This document shows, piece by piece, positions 9,160 through 17,465 of a stretch of 40,464 nt of DNA. This DNA is from a virus. Its lineage: Duplodnaviria; Heunggongvirae; Uroviricota; Caudoviricetes. Positions within the stretch are counted from its first letter, which is position 1. The number at the start of each line of letters is the position of its first letter. The stretch covers positions 1-40,464 of the IMG/VR virus record IMGVR_UViG_3300028413_000003. One strand, 5' to 3'. Under the pieces are notes generated by a model. It did no database searches. It was not told the origin of the DNA and saw only the letters and a list, made by a program, of their open reading frames with translations. The translations under genes were made by a program, and so were the position numbers.

Positions 9160-9331
9160 CACGCATGAACAGTTAAAATTAACCTGGGCTATATATCTTC
9201 GAGAAAGTGAAAAATTCGACGAAGATAGCGTTAAGGTTAGTGCTGTTCGTGCAAGACAAGCACTACACGATATGAAAGAATTGTTAGTTATTCGCCGACG
9301 AGAAATCCAAGAAAAGAAAATCGATCAGTAA
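9152..9331 (+). CDS. Small Hc1-like (histone H1-like) phage protein, 59 aa, GTG start
   Basis: Not in the ORF track; MSDTHEQLK..YLRESEKFD..SVKVSAVRARQAL..RRREIQEKK matches my recollection of this phage family. Confidence 0.6.
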   Translation: MSDTHEQLKLTWAIYLRESEKFDEDSVKVSAVRARQALHDMKELLVIRRREIQEKKIDQ

Positions 9332-9377
9332 TAAATACTGTGCGGGATGAATATTTAAACCCAGAAACGAGGAATTA

Positions 9378-9713
9378 ATGGACAAAAATAACGTAGACTA
9401 CTTATACGGCATCGTTGCTCGTGTTGAATACTATTATTCAATTAGAAAAAAAGCTATTCGATACATTATGGAAAACCATATTAAAAACGCAGAGTTGGGT
9501 ATTAATCTTGTGTTAATGAGCGCAGTGTGGGCTTCTCACCAACGAAACGAGTTCTTAACTGAAGAAGACTTGTTAATATTATTTGGACTTAGTAGAGCCG
9601 AGGAGACAGCAGAACTTGATATGGAGGAGAGCGAAGTTTTAAAATTAAATCCTATTCACTTTGAACTCACACTAGACGAAATATTTGACCAAACAGTAGA
9701 AAGCTTTAAATAA
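9378..9713 (+). CDS. Hypothetical protein
   Basis: GAGGA RBS, 111 aa. Confidence 0.65.
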   Translation: MDKNNVDYLYGIVARVEYYYSIRKKAIRYIMENHIKNAELGINLVLMSAVWASHQRNEFLTEEDLLILFGLSRAEETAELDMEESEVLKLNPIHFELTLDEIFDQTVESFK

Positions 9714-9877
9714 TGGCAGACCGAACAGTAAATAATACATCACAAGAGCTTATTGACGCGTTCTTTAAAAAAGGCGGCGAAGTTGAAACACTGCCGCCGG
9801 GTGCTCGATCAGAAGACATTGTGTACACTGGTGGCTTTTACGGACGCCGAAAGAAGAAGAAAGAGGACGAAACATAA
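9713..9877 (+). CDS. Small hypothetical protein, 54 aa (LIDAFFKKGGEV motif)
   Basis: TAATG-coupled ORF; paralog at 13210. Confidence 0.55.
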   Translation: MADRTVNNTSQELIDAFFKKGGEVETLPPGARSEDIVYTGGFYGRRKKKKEDET

Positions 9878-9915
9878 GCAACGTTACCGAACCAAACAAG
9901 GATTAAAAGAGCCCA

Positions 9916-10110
9916 ATGGTAATGAAGAGAAAACCGGCAGCACATGTCGATATTGAAGATTTAGCAGTAACGTTGGACCAAATGATAGATGCTGGCCATG
10001 CAATTGGTGTTCAGTTTCATCACGTTGAAAGTGCTGCAAAGCAACTGCGCCACTTATCTAATCTGCTTGATTCATATCAGTCTGAACGAATGCAGCATAA
10101 CAAAAATTAA
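9916..10110 (+). CDS. Hypothetical protein
   Basis: ORF in a packed + strand run. Confidence 0.45.
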   Translation: MVMKRKPAAHVDIEDLAVTLDQMIDAGHAIGVQFHHVESAAKQLRHLSNLLDSYQSERMQHNKN

Positions 10111-10165
10111 AGGAGAAGTTAATGCATGAAGATTTAGACAAGTGTAACCGACTGAGAGATACAAC

Positions 10166-10399
10166 GTGAGTAAATTTACAATCGAACAAATTAATCACTG
10201 GTGCCGGTGCCTTTGTATATGCTTTATGTTGTTTATAGTAGCATTTACAACAAAAAGTTGCGCCGACGAATTAGGAACAGGCATCGGAGTTACAACTTAC
10301 ACTGGCTTTGATCAAAAATGCGAAGCTGCGGGTGGCATTCGACACAGCGGCTTGCGCCTTAGCACGCTTAACCTTATTGAACTTGATTTAGCAGACTAA
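10166..10399 (+). CDS. Hypothetical membrane protein
   Basis: Hydrophobic segment CLCICFMLFIVAF. Confidence 0.4.
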   Translation: MSKFTIEQINHWCRCLCICFMLFIVAFTTKSCADELGTGIGVTTYTGFDQKCEAAGGIRHSGLRLSTLNLIELDLAD

Positions 10400-10536
10400 T
10401 GGATTATTTTTTGCAAAAATTATATTGTGCGTTAAATAGGCACCAATGGAAGTGGGCAAAGACATCTGGCACTTACACTAGGATTACCCGAATGCGGCAA
10501 CGATGTTCATGCTGTGGAAAACAACAATCATTTTAA
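10399..10536 (+). CDS. Small Cys/His-rich protein, 45 aa
   Basis: YCALNRHQW...RCSCCGK; not in the ORF track. Confidence 0.4.
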   Translation: MDYFLQKLYCALNRHQWKWAKTSGTYTRITRMRQRCSCCGKQQSF

Positions 10537-10566
10537 CACCAAATCAATAGACAAAAGGAAAGTAAC

Positions 10567-10758
10567 ATGGAATTTTTACTAGGAGTTGTGTTTGGCGCCT
10601 CTTTGGTATACATATCTTATCATGGACGCAACACACAACTAAAACGGGTATTAACTGCTTTTGTAGAAGCAGAAGTTGAATACATGATAGTAAACAAACT
10701 CGGTGATGCTGAAAAACAACACAACATAAAGTGGGCACGTAGAGTGTTGGACGCTTGA
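10567..10758 (+). CDS. Hypothetical membrane-anchored protein
   Basis: AAGGA RBS, N-terminal hydrophobic helix. Confidence 0.5.
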   Translation: MEFLLGVVFGASLVYISYHGRNTQLKRVLTAFVEAEVEYMIVNKLGDAEKQHNIKWARRVLDA

Positions 10759-10810
10759 CAGTGGTTGGTGTGTGTGCTACTGTGAACTATAAACAATGCA
10801 GGACTGTACA

Positions 10811-11209
10811 ATGAGAGCGTTTGCACCATTTTATACACCATACCAGATGCTGGAAATTGGAGTATTTGACGGGGGCTATTTTAATAGTTCTCCTGAAGAT
10901 TTAATTGAAGACATTGAGATTGCACCAGTAAATTTTTATGCCAGCAATGTCGGACTGTCGGCTCAACGTTGGGGTGAGAAAGGATGGATCACGCCCGAAG
11001 ATCCCCTGGGCTGGTTTCAATGGTATATTAGATATTATCACGGTAGACGCATCGAAGCACTGGACCGTTGGCAAATTGGGCGGTGGAGTTCCTTTGGTGC
11101 AAGACACGGTGCGCAGGTACGCAAAAGCGGGTTTGGTAACATTACCAAACGTCCTAGGCAACGTCAAGGATTGTTACACTGGGCACATAACCCTGAACCA
11201 GATGTATAG
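10811..11209 (+). CDS. Conserved uncharacterised protein (TP.QMLE.GVF.G.YF / DP.GWFQWY.RYY.GRR / RQ.LLHWA family)
   Basis: Recognisable motif set; promoter TTGACA-N17-TACTGT at 10755-10783. Confidence 0.7.
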   Translation: MRAFAPFYTPYQMLEIGVFDGGYFNSSPEDLIEDIEIAPVNFYASNVGLSAQRWGEKGWITPEDPLGWFQWYIRYYHGRRIEALDRWQIGRWSSFGARHGAQVRKSGFGNITKRPRQRQGLLHWAHNPEPDV

Positions 11210-11220
11210 TGAGGTAAGCA

Positions 11221-11448
11221 GTGATCAAAGTAAAAGCACACATGGTCAGCATTGGCTCGGCCAGGGTTGCAGACACAAACCTCTGCTGCGAGATTGCATT
11301 GCCAAAGCCAGTTGCGCTTATGGAACCCAAACATATTATACTGCTGAGGATTTCAGGAGTACCGGTCTTTGACATCACAGAAAGTCTAGGTTCTGAACCA
11401 GAGCTAGTAAACAAAGAAGATTGTTATCATGTTCATGCAAATAATTGA
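11221..11448 (+). CDS. Hypothetical protein
   Basis: GAGGT RBS, GTG start. Confidence 0.45.
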   Translation: MIKVKAHMVSIGSARVADTNLCCEIALPKPVALMEPKHIILLRISGVPVFDITESLGSEPELVNKEDCYHVHANN

Positions 11449-11656
11449 TAAGTTTATAGATTGGTGGTGCATTGATAATTGCGAGCCGAACCGTGAATTC
11501 GAAAACAGCATAGACAGTACATGCTGTTGGAGCGACGATGGAATGTCCTCAGTTTCATTAGTAAAAGATGGCCCTCAGTTTAAAGTTAACGTTGATGCAC
11601 ACAATTGTTGTTATATTGTAAATCACGGCGTTATTACTTATTTAATATATGCATAA
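11429..11656 (+). CDS. Hypothetical protein
   Basis: Overlapping + strand run. Confidence 0.45.
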   Translation: MFMQIIDKFIDWWCIDNCEPNREFENSIDSTCCWSDDGMSSVSLVKDGPQFKVNVDAHNCCYIVNHGVITYLIYA

Positions 11657-11665
11657 GGTATTATT

Positions 11666-11923
11666 ATGAAAAAATGGCAGTCGCAAATACCAACCATTCC
11701 CAAAGTTAAGAATTGTATACACTGCTTTGTAACTACAATTGATTTGTTTACTGGACCATATAGCCGTGTAATCTGGTTATCCAGCAAGCAATATTTATTG
11801 TTTAGTATACGTTACCCAAATGAGCATGCGGATAAAATACTCGAATCCGACGCCCTACAATATTTTAGAGAAAAACTTTCAGATCAAACATACAACAACA
11901 TTCTTGAACCTCATGAACAGTGA
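11666..11923 (+). CDS. Hypothetical protein
   Basis: AAGGT RBS. Confidence 0.5.
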   Translation: MKKWQSQIPTIPKVKNCIHCFVTTIDLFTGPYSRVIWLSSKQYLLFSIRYPNEHADKILESDALQYFREKLSDQTYNNILEPHEQ

Positions 11924-12122
11924 AAAGCGTTGCTACACCCAGTGGACAGATTTCCGGCTGGGCTTTAAGGCTGGCGGAAAAATCGTTTGGCTGACCGACA
12001 ACGAACTGTTGATGCACCAATTAGATGGCGAATATTTGTTCGTAGAAATAACCAACGTTGCTATTAAAAAAGTAAACGAAGTCTACATGCATCAAACTGT
12101 AGGCCCGGCGGTAGACGGATGA
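11913..12122 (+). CDS. Hypothetical protein, tandem paralog A
   Basis: SEKRCY..VWLTDNELL..VEITN..IKK..E.YMH.TV. Confidence 0.6.
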   Translation: MNSEKRCYTQWTDFRLGFKAGGKIVWLTDNELLMHQLDGEYLFVEITNVAIKKVNEVYMHQTVGPAVDG

Positions 12123-12337
12123 GTGAAAAGAAATGTTATGCCACGCATTACAAAAAGCATAGCTGCCACGGAACGACAAACGTGTCAGGCCTTGTAATAT
12201 GGCTAACAGACCAAGAACTTTTATTACTAACGATAAAAGGCCGCATCCATTGTGTGGAAGTTGTTAATGCCGATATTAAAAAACGTTACGAAATATTTAT
12301 GCACCGTACAGTTGACGAAATTAACGGCAATGATTAA
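12119..12337 (+). CDS. Hypothetical protein, tandem paralog B
   Basis: SEKKCY..IWLTDQELL..VEVVN..IKK..E.FMH.TV. Confidence 0.6.
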   Translation: MSEKKCYATHYKKHSCHGTTNVSGLVIWLTDQELLLLTIKGRIHCVEVVNADIKKRYEIFMHRTVDEINGND

Positions 12338-12387
12338 AATGAAATCAGAGCTTAATACTAATTTACAAACATTGTATAAATATTAGT

Positions 12388-12587
12388 ATGAGCGCAAATG
12401 GTATATCACAACTAACAAACAAGCAAAGCAAGAAGCAAAGCTTGCTCTTGCAGCAAACGACCGTACAGCAGCAGGCAACCCTCGAGATACATCCAACATT
12501 GAACTGTTGCCTACAAAATATGCAGGCAACGAGGTCGTCGACAATGAAAATGCTGGCGGACTGCAACCAGGTCGTCCCTGGGTCTAA
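12388..12587 (+). pseudogene. Small phage gene with a frameshift near 12426
   Basis: MSANGISQLTNKQ continues as QEAKLALAANDRTAAGNPR...LPTKYAGNEVVDNENAGGLQPGRPWV only in another frame; TATAAATA at 12375-12382. Confidence 0.6.
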
Positions 12588-12595
12588 AATAAAAC

Positions 12596-12626
12596 TTGAC
12601 ACTTCGCACGTTATAGTGTATAAATA
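12596..12626 (+). promoter_or_regulatory. tmRNA promoter: sigma70 type overlapping a TATAAATA late-type motif
   Basis: TTGACA-N17-TATAAA(TA). Confidence 0.7.
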
Positions 12627-12630
12627 TATA

Positions 12631-12965
12631 CATGCAGCAGAGAGTAATCGGTTGTTGCATTATTGATGATTGTAATAAATGAAACGGACCTGGGGGCGGT
12701 ACCCAGATCGTCCACCAAAAGTTTAGACGGGTGATTGACATCTTCAAGGTAGTGCTTGTAAACAACTAAATGATGAACGTTACGGGCGATAAATAGGATC
12801 GACGTGCAGGAAAAACAATTATTAGGATACCCGGATTTAAGCTCGGTTAATGCGATCAAACTACTAAATGCAACCGATAATGCAAACACTGTGGAAATGG
12901 CCCTAGCGGCTTAATTCACTGGCGCCCGGGGAGAGCGTAGCAACAGAATCTCCTCACTTGCAGCC
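12631..12965 (+). ncRNA. ssrA: Two-piece (circularly permuted) tmRNA; tag (A)ATDNANTVEMALAA
   Basis: Acceptor piece with T-arm (loop GGCGGTA) and ATCGTCC-A-CCA ending 12717; coding piece starts GGGCGAT at 12784 (7-bp stem with G3:U70); AGGATCGAC; resume codon GCA 12870, stop 12912-12914. Outer ends approximate. Confidence 0.93.
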
Positions 12966-13016
12966 TAAATTGGGCTACTAGGGTTGACAACTTACCTAGT
13001 AATAGAAAAGTTGCTC

Positions 13017-13053
13017 GCGTACAAGATAGGTATTTCTTACCTTGTACGCTTTT
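13017..13053 (+). terminator. Intrinsic terminator downstream of ssrA
   Basis: GCGTACAAG/CTTGTACGC stem followed by TTTT. Confidence 0.55.
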
Positions 13054-13209
13054 AATAACAGACTGTAAAACGCCCTCGAGACATAGTCTGGGCCGCTGGG
13101 CAAATAATGATGTACTTCTTAAACTTTTAGTACTAGTAGATTGCAAATAGTGGGATACAAAACGCACCACTCAGAAACTGTTATATAATTTTTAACCCAG
13201 GGATAAGCA

Positions 13210-13386
13210 ATGTCTTTAAATAACCCACCTAAGCCAAACACAGAACAAAGTTTGATTGATGCGTTTTTAAAAGGAGGAGGCAAAGTTACCAAAGGCAAAA
13301 CCAAGCCAATGGCCTCTGAATTAGGCATTAGCAACAACAGCTGGAATCAAAAACTTACCAAAGACGAAAAAGCAGCAAAGAAGTAG
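13210..13386 (+). CDS. Small hypothetical protein, 58 aa (LIDAFLKGGGKV motif)
   Basis: Not in the ORF track; paralog of 9713-9877. Confidence 0.6.
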   Translation: MSLNNPPKPNTEQSLIDAFLKGGGKVTKGKTKPMASELGISNNSWNQKLTKDEKAAKK

Positions 13387-13421
13387 TTGTTGTAAATTTA
13401 CAACAACATTGACATTATTTA

Positions 13422-13469
13422 AGCAAAGCGTATCCAGTACTTGACTGGGTGCGCTTTTTGCTGTATAAC
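13422..13469 (+). promoter_or_regulatory. Terminator-like hairpin overlapping the porin promoter
   Basis: AAAGCG..CCAGT/ACTGG..CGCTTT stem; TTGACT(13441)-N17-TATAAC. Confidence 0.55.
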
Positions 13470-13537
13470 TAGTATTGTTAAGGAGCAATAATCAGTATTG
13501 CTCCTACGTTACAATGCATAACCAAAAGGAATTCAAT

Positions 13538-14353
13538 ATGCGTACACTACTCTTAACTACAATTGCCACTATGGCCATCGGAACATCGGCATCTGCTCAA
13601 GGAACAAGCGCCACACTTGACACATTTGCTACAAAATCCGGAAACGCAGACACAGTATTTGCAATGGACGCAACTGCTGACTTTAGCTTCGGTATTACAC
13701 CAACAGTTGACATGCTAGTAGGCGGCGAGTTGTTGTTTACAGACTTTCCAGATTCGGAAGAAGTTGAACTAGCCAAATGGTATATTGGTGTTGATTTTGG
13801 TGCTGTTGCTGCCACTGCTGGTAAGCAGAAAGACTTGTTCACCGGTTCACTTATGCGCGAACTCGGCGGAGACGCGCTTGCGAATCCAACTAGTGGAGAA
13901 TATTCGTTGATTGCTAGTGCATCATCGGGCGCAGCATATGTTGGATATGACAATGTGACTGACAATTGGACCAACATCCAGGTTGCAGCATACTTTACAC
14001 CAGCTGTAATGCTTGCACAAAACGTTGCTGTTGTACTCGACTATCAAAACGTAAGCAACGACTTTGCAATTGCCGCCGAAGTTAACGGCTCGTTCAACCA
14101 ACTGAACACAGGCGCAGTTGCAACTTATTCAAGCACAACAGACGCGGTTGGATACGAAGCCATGATTGGATGGTCCATGGCAACCGTTGATATTGCTGGG
14201 TTTGCAGGTGGATCATCTGACACCGACTTGGTGGATTATGTAGGCGCAGGCGCAAGCATGATGTTCAATACTATTGAATTGTGGAGCGAAGTTGCTTACA
14301 ACATCAACTCCACAGATTCGGACATTGCAGCAGGTGTAAGCTTTAACTTCTAA
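13538..14353 (+). CDS. Outer-membrane beta-barrel (porin-like) protein
   Basis: Signal peptide MRTLLLTTIATMAIGTSASA, alternating amphipathic strands, C-terminal ...GVSFNF (BAM signal). Confidence 0.8.
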   Translation: MRTLLLTTIATMAIGTSASAQGTSATLDTFATKSGNADTVFAMDATADFSFGITPTVDMLVGGELLFTDFPDSEEVELAKWYIGVDFGAVAATAGKQKDLFTGSLMRELGGDALANPTSGEYSLIASASSGAAYVGYDNVTDNWTNIQVAAYFTPAVMLAQNVAVVLDYQNVSNDFAIAAEVNGSFNQLNTGAVATYSSTTDAVGYEAMIGWSMATVDIAGFAGGSSDTDLVDYVGAGASMMFNTIELWSEVAYNINSTDSDIAAGVSFNF

Positions 14354-14380
14354 TAGTTAAAACAACTATAACATCTAAAA

Positions 14381-14406
14381 GAGACAGGGAAACCTGTCTC
14401 TTTTTT
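14381..14406 (+). terminator. Intrinsic terminator
   Basis: GAGACAGG-GAAA-CCTGTCTC-TTTTTT, followed by promoter TTGACA(14408)-N17-TATAAA. Confidence 0.9.
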
Positions 14407-14485
14407 CTTGACAGCAGTACAAAAACGTTGTATAAACAAGTATGCAAACATGCAAACACGCAAATACATAAGAGGACTACACACC

Positions 14486-14737
14486 ATGGGTAAGAAAAAG
14501 AGCAACTCCACTTCGTACGTTTCAAAAGGCATTCACAGCAATGTTGCTAATTCTACAATGCGATTAGTTCGCGAAGGTTATCTTGCCAGCGGCAATCGGA
14601 CGATTAATCAACGCGCAGCGTTTGATGCAGGCAAAAACGTGATGGTTACTATTCCAAACCCAAATTTCAGTGAGACTAATAAGCCGTACTTGCGGGTAAA
14701 TGCCAAGACTATTTGGAAGTCGGCGACCAAGAAGTAA
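14486..14737 (+). CDS. Hypothetical protein
   Basis: AGAGGA RBS before ATG 14486. Confidence 0.65.
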   Translation: MGKKKSNSTSYVSKGIHSNVANSTMRLVREGYLASGNRTINQRAAFDAGKNVMVTIPNPNFSETNKPYLRVNAKTIWKSATKK

Positions 14738-14797
14738 TACACATGACATTGTCAACGACAGCGATGCTGTCGTTGATTTTAATTAAAGGTATAATTT

Positions 14798-15163
14798 ATG
14801 AGTATGCATCTTATACGAGGTATGTCCTCGCTTACTACAAAAAAACGCAAAGGCAAAAAGAAGACACAAAGTCTTATTGCTGCCGAAGCACTGCACGAAG
14901 CAACACTTGCTCGACTCGGAGTTGGTAAGGTCAAGCTTCCTACTAATGCCAGGGGACAGCGTGTTGGTATCAACAAGATTCCAGATTACAAAGTCAAACG
15001 TGTAACCAGTGACACTATTCCTGCGCACGGTCCAGCAAAAGAACAATCAGTGTATACTGGAAATGAGATTGCTGGAATTGTTACAACACACAAATCAAAC
15101 CTCATGCCCATCCGTCGCGACAACAAGACCGCTGCAACAGACGCAGCAACTATGCGACGATGA
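14798..15163 (+). CDS. Conserved phage hypothetical protein (YTG..IAGIVTTHKSN)
   Basis: Motif recalled from T4-like phages. Confidence 0.6.
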   Translation: MSMHLIRGMSSLTTKKRKGKKKTQSLIAAEALHEATLARLGVGKVKLPTNARGQRVGINKIPDYKVKRVTSDTIPAHGPAKEQSVYTGNEIAGIVTTHKSNLMPIRRDNKTAATDAATMRR

Positions 15164-15197
15164 GTAAACACTCTTGAAAACAACAACTTAAATTAAA

Positions 15198-15500
15198 GTG
15201 AAAAAACACAACATGAAGCACCCAGTACAACAAATCATCATGGACGCCAACGGTACACCGCGATTTCGTGCCAACGCAATTGTAGAGTGGCTACTAGAAA
15301 CCGGCAATGCAGACATGAACGCCATTGCTGTTCAGAACTTCTCAAAAGCTGACCGTCGGCAGTTTGCCCAATTGATAGGATACAGCACTTCGGCCTATGG
15401 CGGATTATCATATGCAGAAGGCAGTAAGTCTGCTAACATTGCAGACAAGAAATCTTTGCAAATGTTAGATACGACCAGCACCGATGCTACAGAACAATAA
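15198..15500 (+). CDS. Hypothetical protein
   Basis: 100-aa ORF. Confidence 0.55.
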   Translation: MKKHNMKHPVQQIIMDANGTPRFRANAIVEWLLETGNADMNAIAVQNFSKADRRQFAQLIGYSTSAYGGLSYAEGSKSANIADKKSLQMLDTTSTDATEQ

Positions 15501-15502
15501 CA

Positions 15503-15778
15503 ATGTCTATTCACAGTGACTTAGAACAGCCATATCATGATGCAAGAATTGCAGCATACAACATTCTTGAACTGTATGTTGAAAAGAAACTCCTCAAAGA
15601 TTACATACTTGTATTAGCAGTCGGTTAGGGATGGATTGTGTATAAGCCCAACGGTACTACTTTTTCGGAGATGGATTATCCAGAAGCACCGAACTTCAAA
15701 CACTTGCGAGAAGTCATTAAAACGTTCGACGACACCTACGGGTTTGGAAATGAACGCATCACTGGAAAAAATAGATAA
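15503..15778 (+). pseudogene. ORF interrupted by an in-frame TAG at 15626-15628
   Basis: The frame stays open for 49 more codons after the TAG. Confidence 0.3.
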
Positions 15779-16022
15779 ATACGTAACGAAGTTAAAAAGT
15801 AGACTATAAAAGCAGAGTGATGCTTTATCAACAGGAGGTAGGTGATGACTCATCTAATAGACATAATGAACCGAGCACAGCCGGTAACAGAAATAGTAGC
15901 AGTAGCAATAAAACCAAAAATGCCAAACACTCCTATAACTGCGGAATATCTATGTGCAATGTTAGGATCGTTAGAGCCACCAGTTCTAGAAGAGGTGTGG
16001 CATTTTAGTAAGACACCACCTG

Positions 16023-16406
16023 ATGAATGATATTACAATAATTACGCCTCCGGATGTATTGCCAAACGACACATTTGGTCTTTTATTAATATTTCCGAGT
16101 GCAATACTAAAGTCACAGGTACAACAAATATTAACAACCGCCGGTTTGCCAGTAAATGTGTTTTTATACGAAGCACTAGAAGAAAATTTAGAATGGCTTC
16201 TACAATTAGTAAAAACAGTTAACATAACTATTATGGATGTTGATAACTCCTGCCCGGCAACACGGGCGTTTACGTCACACATAATTGCGCAACCATCTAC
16301 TTTTTACTTGACAAACAACGGGTCAACCCCGTATAATATAATAAGCAAGAACAGAATTTTTGATGTATCTTGGTTAGAAAATATCCTAAGAGGAAATAAT
16401 GAGTAA
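16023..16406 (+). CDS. Hypothetical protein
   Basis: 127-aa ORF in the operon leading to rpsU. Confidence 0.65.
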   Translation: MNDITIITPPDVLPNDTFGLLLIFPSAILKSQVQQILTTAGLPVNVFLYEALEENLEWLLQLVKTVNITIMDVDNSCPATRAFTSHIIAQPSTFYLTNNGSTPYNIISKNRIFDVSWLENILRGNNE

Positions 16407-16626
16407 ACACCAAAAGTCCGACAGACATCAAGGTATGTCAGTTGAAGTTCGAGGAAACGATGTACCAAAGGCACTTCGCAAGTTAAAGAAGAAGCTAGCT
16501 GATGACGGATTATTCCAAGAGATCCGGCGGCGCGAGAGTTTTGAAAGCAACGGTACTAAAAACCGCAAAGCAAAGAAGGCTGCCATCAGCAGACTTAAAA
16601 AAAGTCAACTCAAATCAGATATCTAA
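16399..16626 (+). CDS. rpsU: Ribosomal protein bS21
   Basis: SVEVRGNDVPKALRKLKKKL..DGLFQEIRRRESFES. Confidence 0.9.
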   Translation: MSKHQKSDRHQGMSVEVRGNDVPKALRKLKKKLADDGLFQEIRRRESFESNGTKNRKAKKAAISRLKKSQLKSDI

Positions 16627-16635
16627 GAGGGTAAT

Positions 16636-16935
16636 ATGAGCACAGAAATTAAAATTGAAGAAAAAGTAAAAGCCAAGTTTAAAGAACCCAGTCAATACAA
16701 AGTTGTCTTCTTAAATGACGACTCAACACCGATGGATTTTGTTGTAATGTTAATGGTAGAATTGTTCAAGCACACGCCAGAAACAGCTCACAATCTTACC
16801 ATGCAAATTCATGAAGAAGGCAGCGGAGTTGTTGGTGTATTCAGTCACGAAATTGCAGAACAAAAAGCAGCCGAGTCAACATCCATGTGTCGAGACAACG
16901 GCTTTCCTCTAAGAGTTAAGATAGAGGAAAACTAA
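16636..16935 (+). CDS. clpS: ATP-dependent Clp protease adaptor
   Basis: YKVVFLNDDSTPMDFVV, IHEEGSGVVG, FPLRVKIE. Confidence 0.95.
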   Translation: MSTEIKIEEKVKAKFKEPSQYKVVFLNDDSTPMDFVVMLMVELFKHTPETAHNLTMQIHEEGSGVVGVFSHEIAEQKAAESTSMCRDNGFPLRVKIEEN

Positions 16936-17465
16936 TGAGCCTAAAAGATCTTACGTGGAAATACCACCAAGATGCTGAACGTACAGCACATGCTCGCAAA
17001 TTACTTGCGGGCATGACCCCTGATGAATATCACAAATACCTGTTTAACCAATATCACATCTACGTTGCATTGGAATATTATGCCACAAAACGCGGGGTAC
17101 TAACCGGCATCGAAGAGATTTGTAGAAGCAGCAGTATTCATGATGACATCGAAGAGCTTAATAAGTTATATAAACTCAGCGCGCCAGTAGTATGTAACGT
17201 TGTAGCCGAATACATTAACTACGTCGAAGCACTAACAAACCCTATTGACATTCTTGCCCACATCTATGTGCGCCACTTTGGCGACATGTATGGAGGCCAG
17301 ATAATCTCCAAGCGAAATCCAGGCAGTGGTAAGATGTACAAGTTCGACAATGTAGAAGAACTAAAGACAACTGTACGCGCAAGGTTGTCTGAAGATATGG
17401 CAGACGAAGCAAATCGGTGTTTTCAGTTTGCTATACAACTATTCATGGAACTAAGCAATGAGTAA
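16935..17465 (+). CDS. hemO: Heme oxygenase
   Basis: H..AE proximal His, LAHIYVRHFGDMYGGQII. Confidence 0.9.
   Translation: MSLKDLTWKYHQDAERTAHARKLLAGMTPDEYHKYLFNQYHIYVALEYYATKRGVLTGIEEICRSSSIHDDIEELNKLYKLSAPVVCNVVAEYINYVEALTNPIDILAHIYVRHFGDMYGGQIISKRNPGSGKMYKFDNVEELKTTVRARLSEDMADEANRCFQFAIQLFMELSNE

Noticed and set aside
5611-15628. Genome-wide stop-codon reassignment
   Set aside because: Only two isolated in-frame stops were seen, well-known genes end normally in TAG or TGA, and no suppressor tRNA is in the window.
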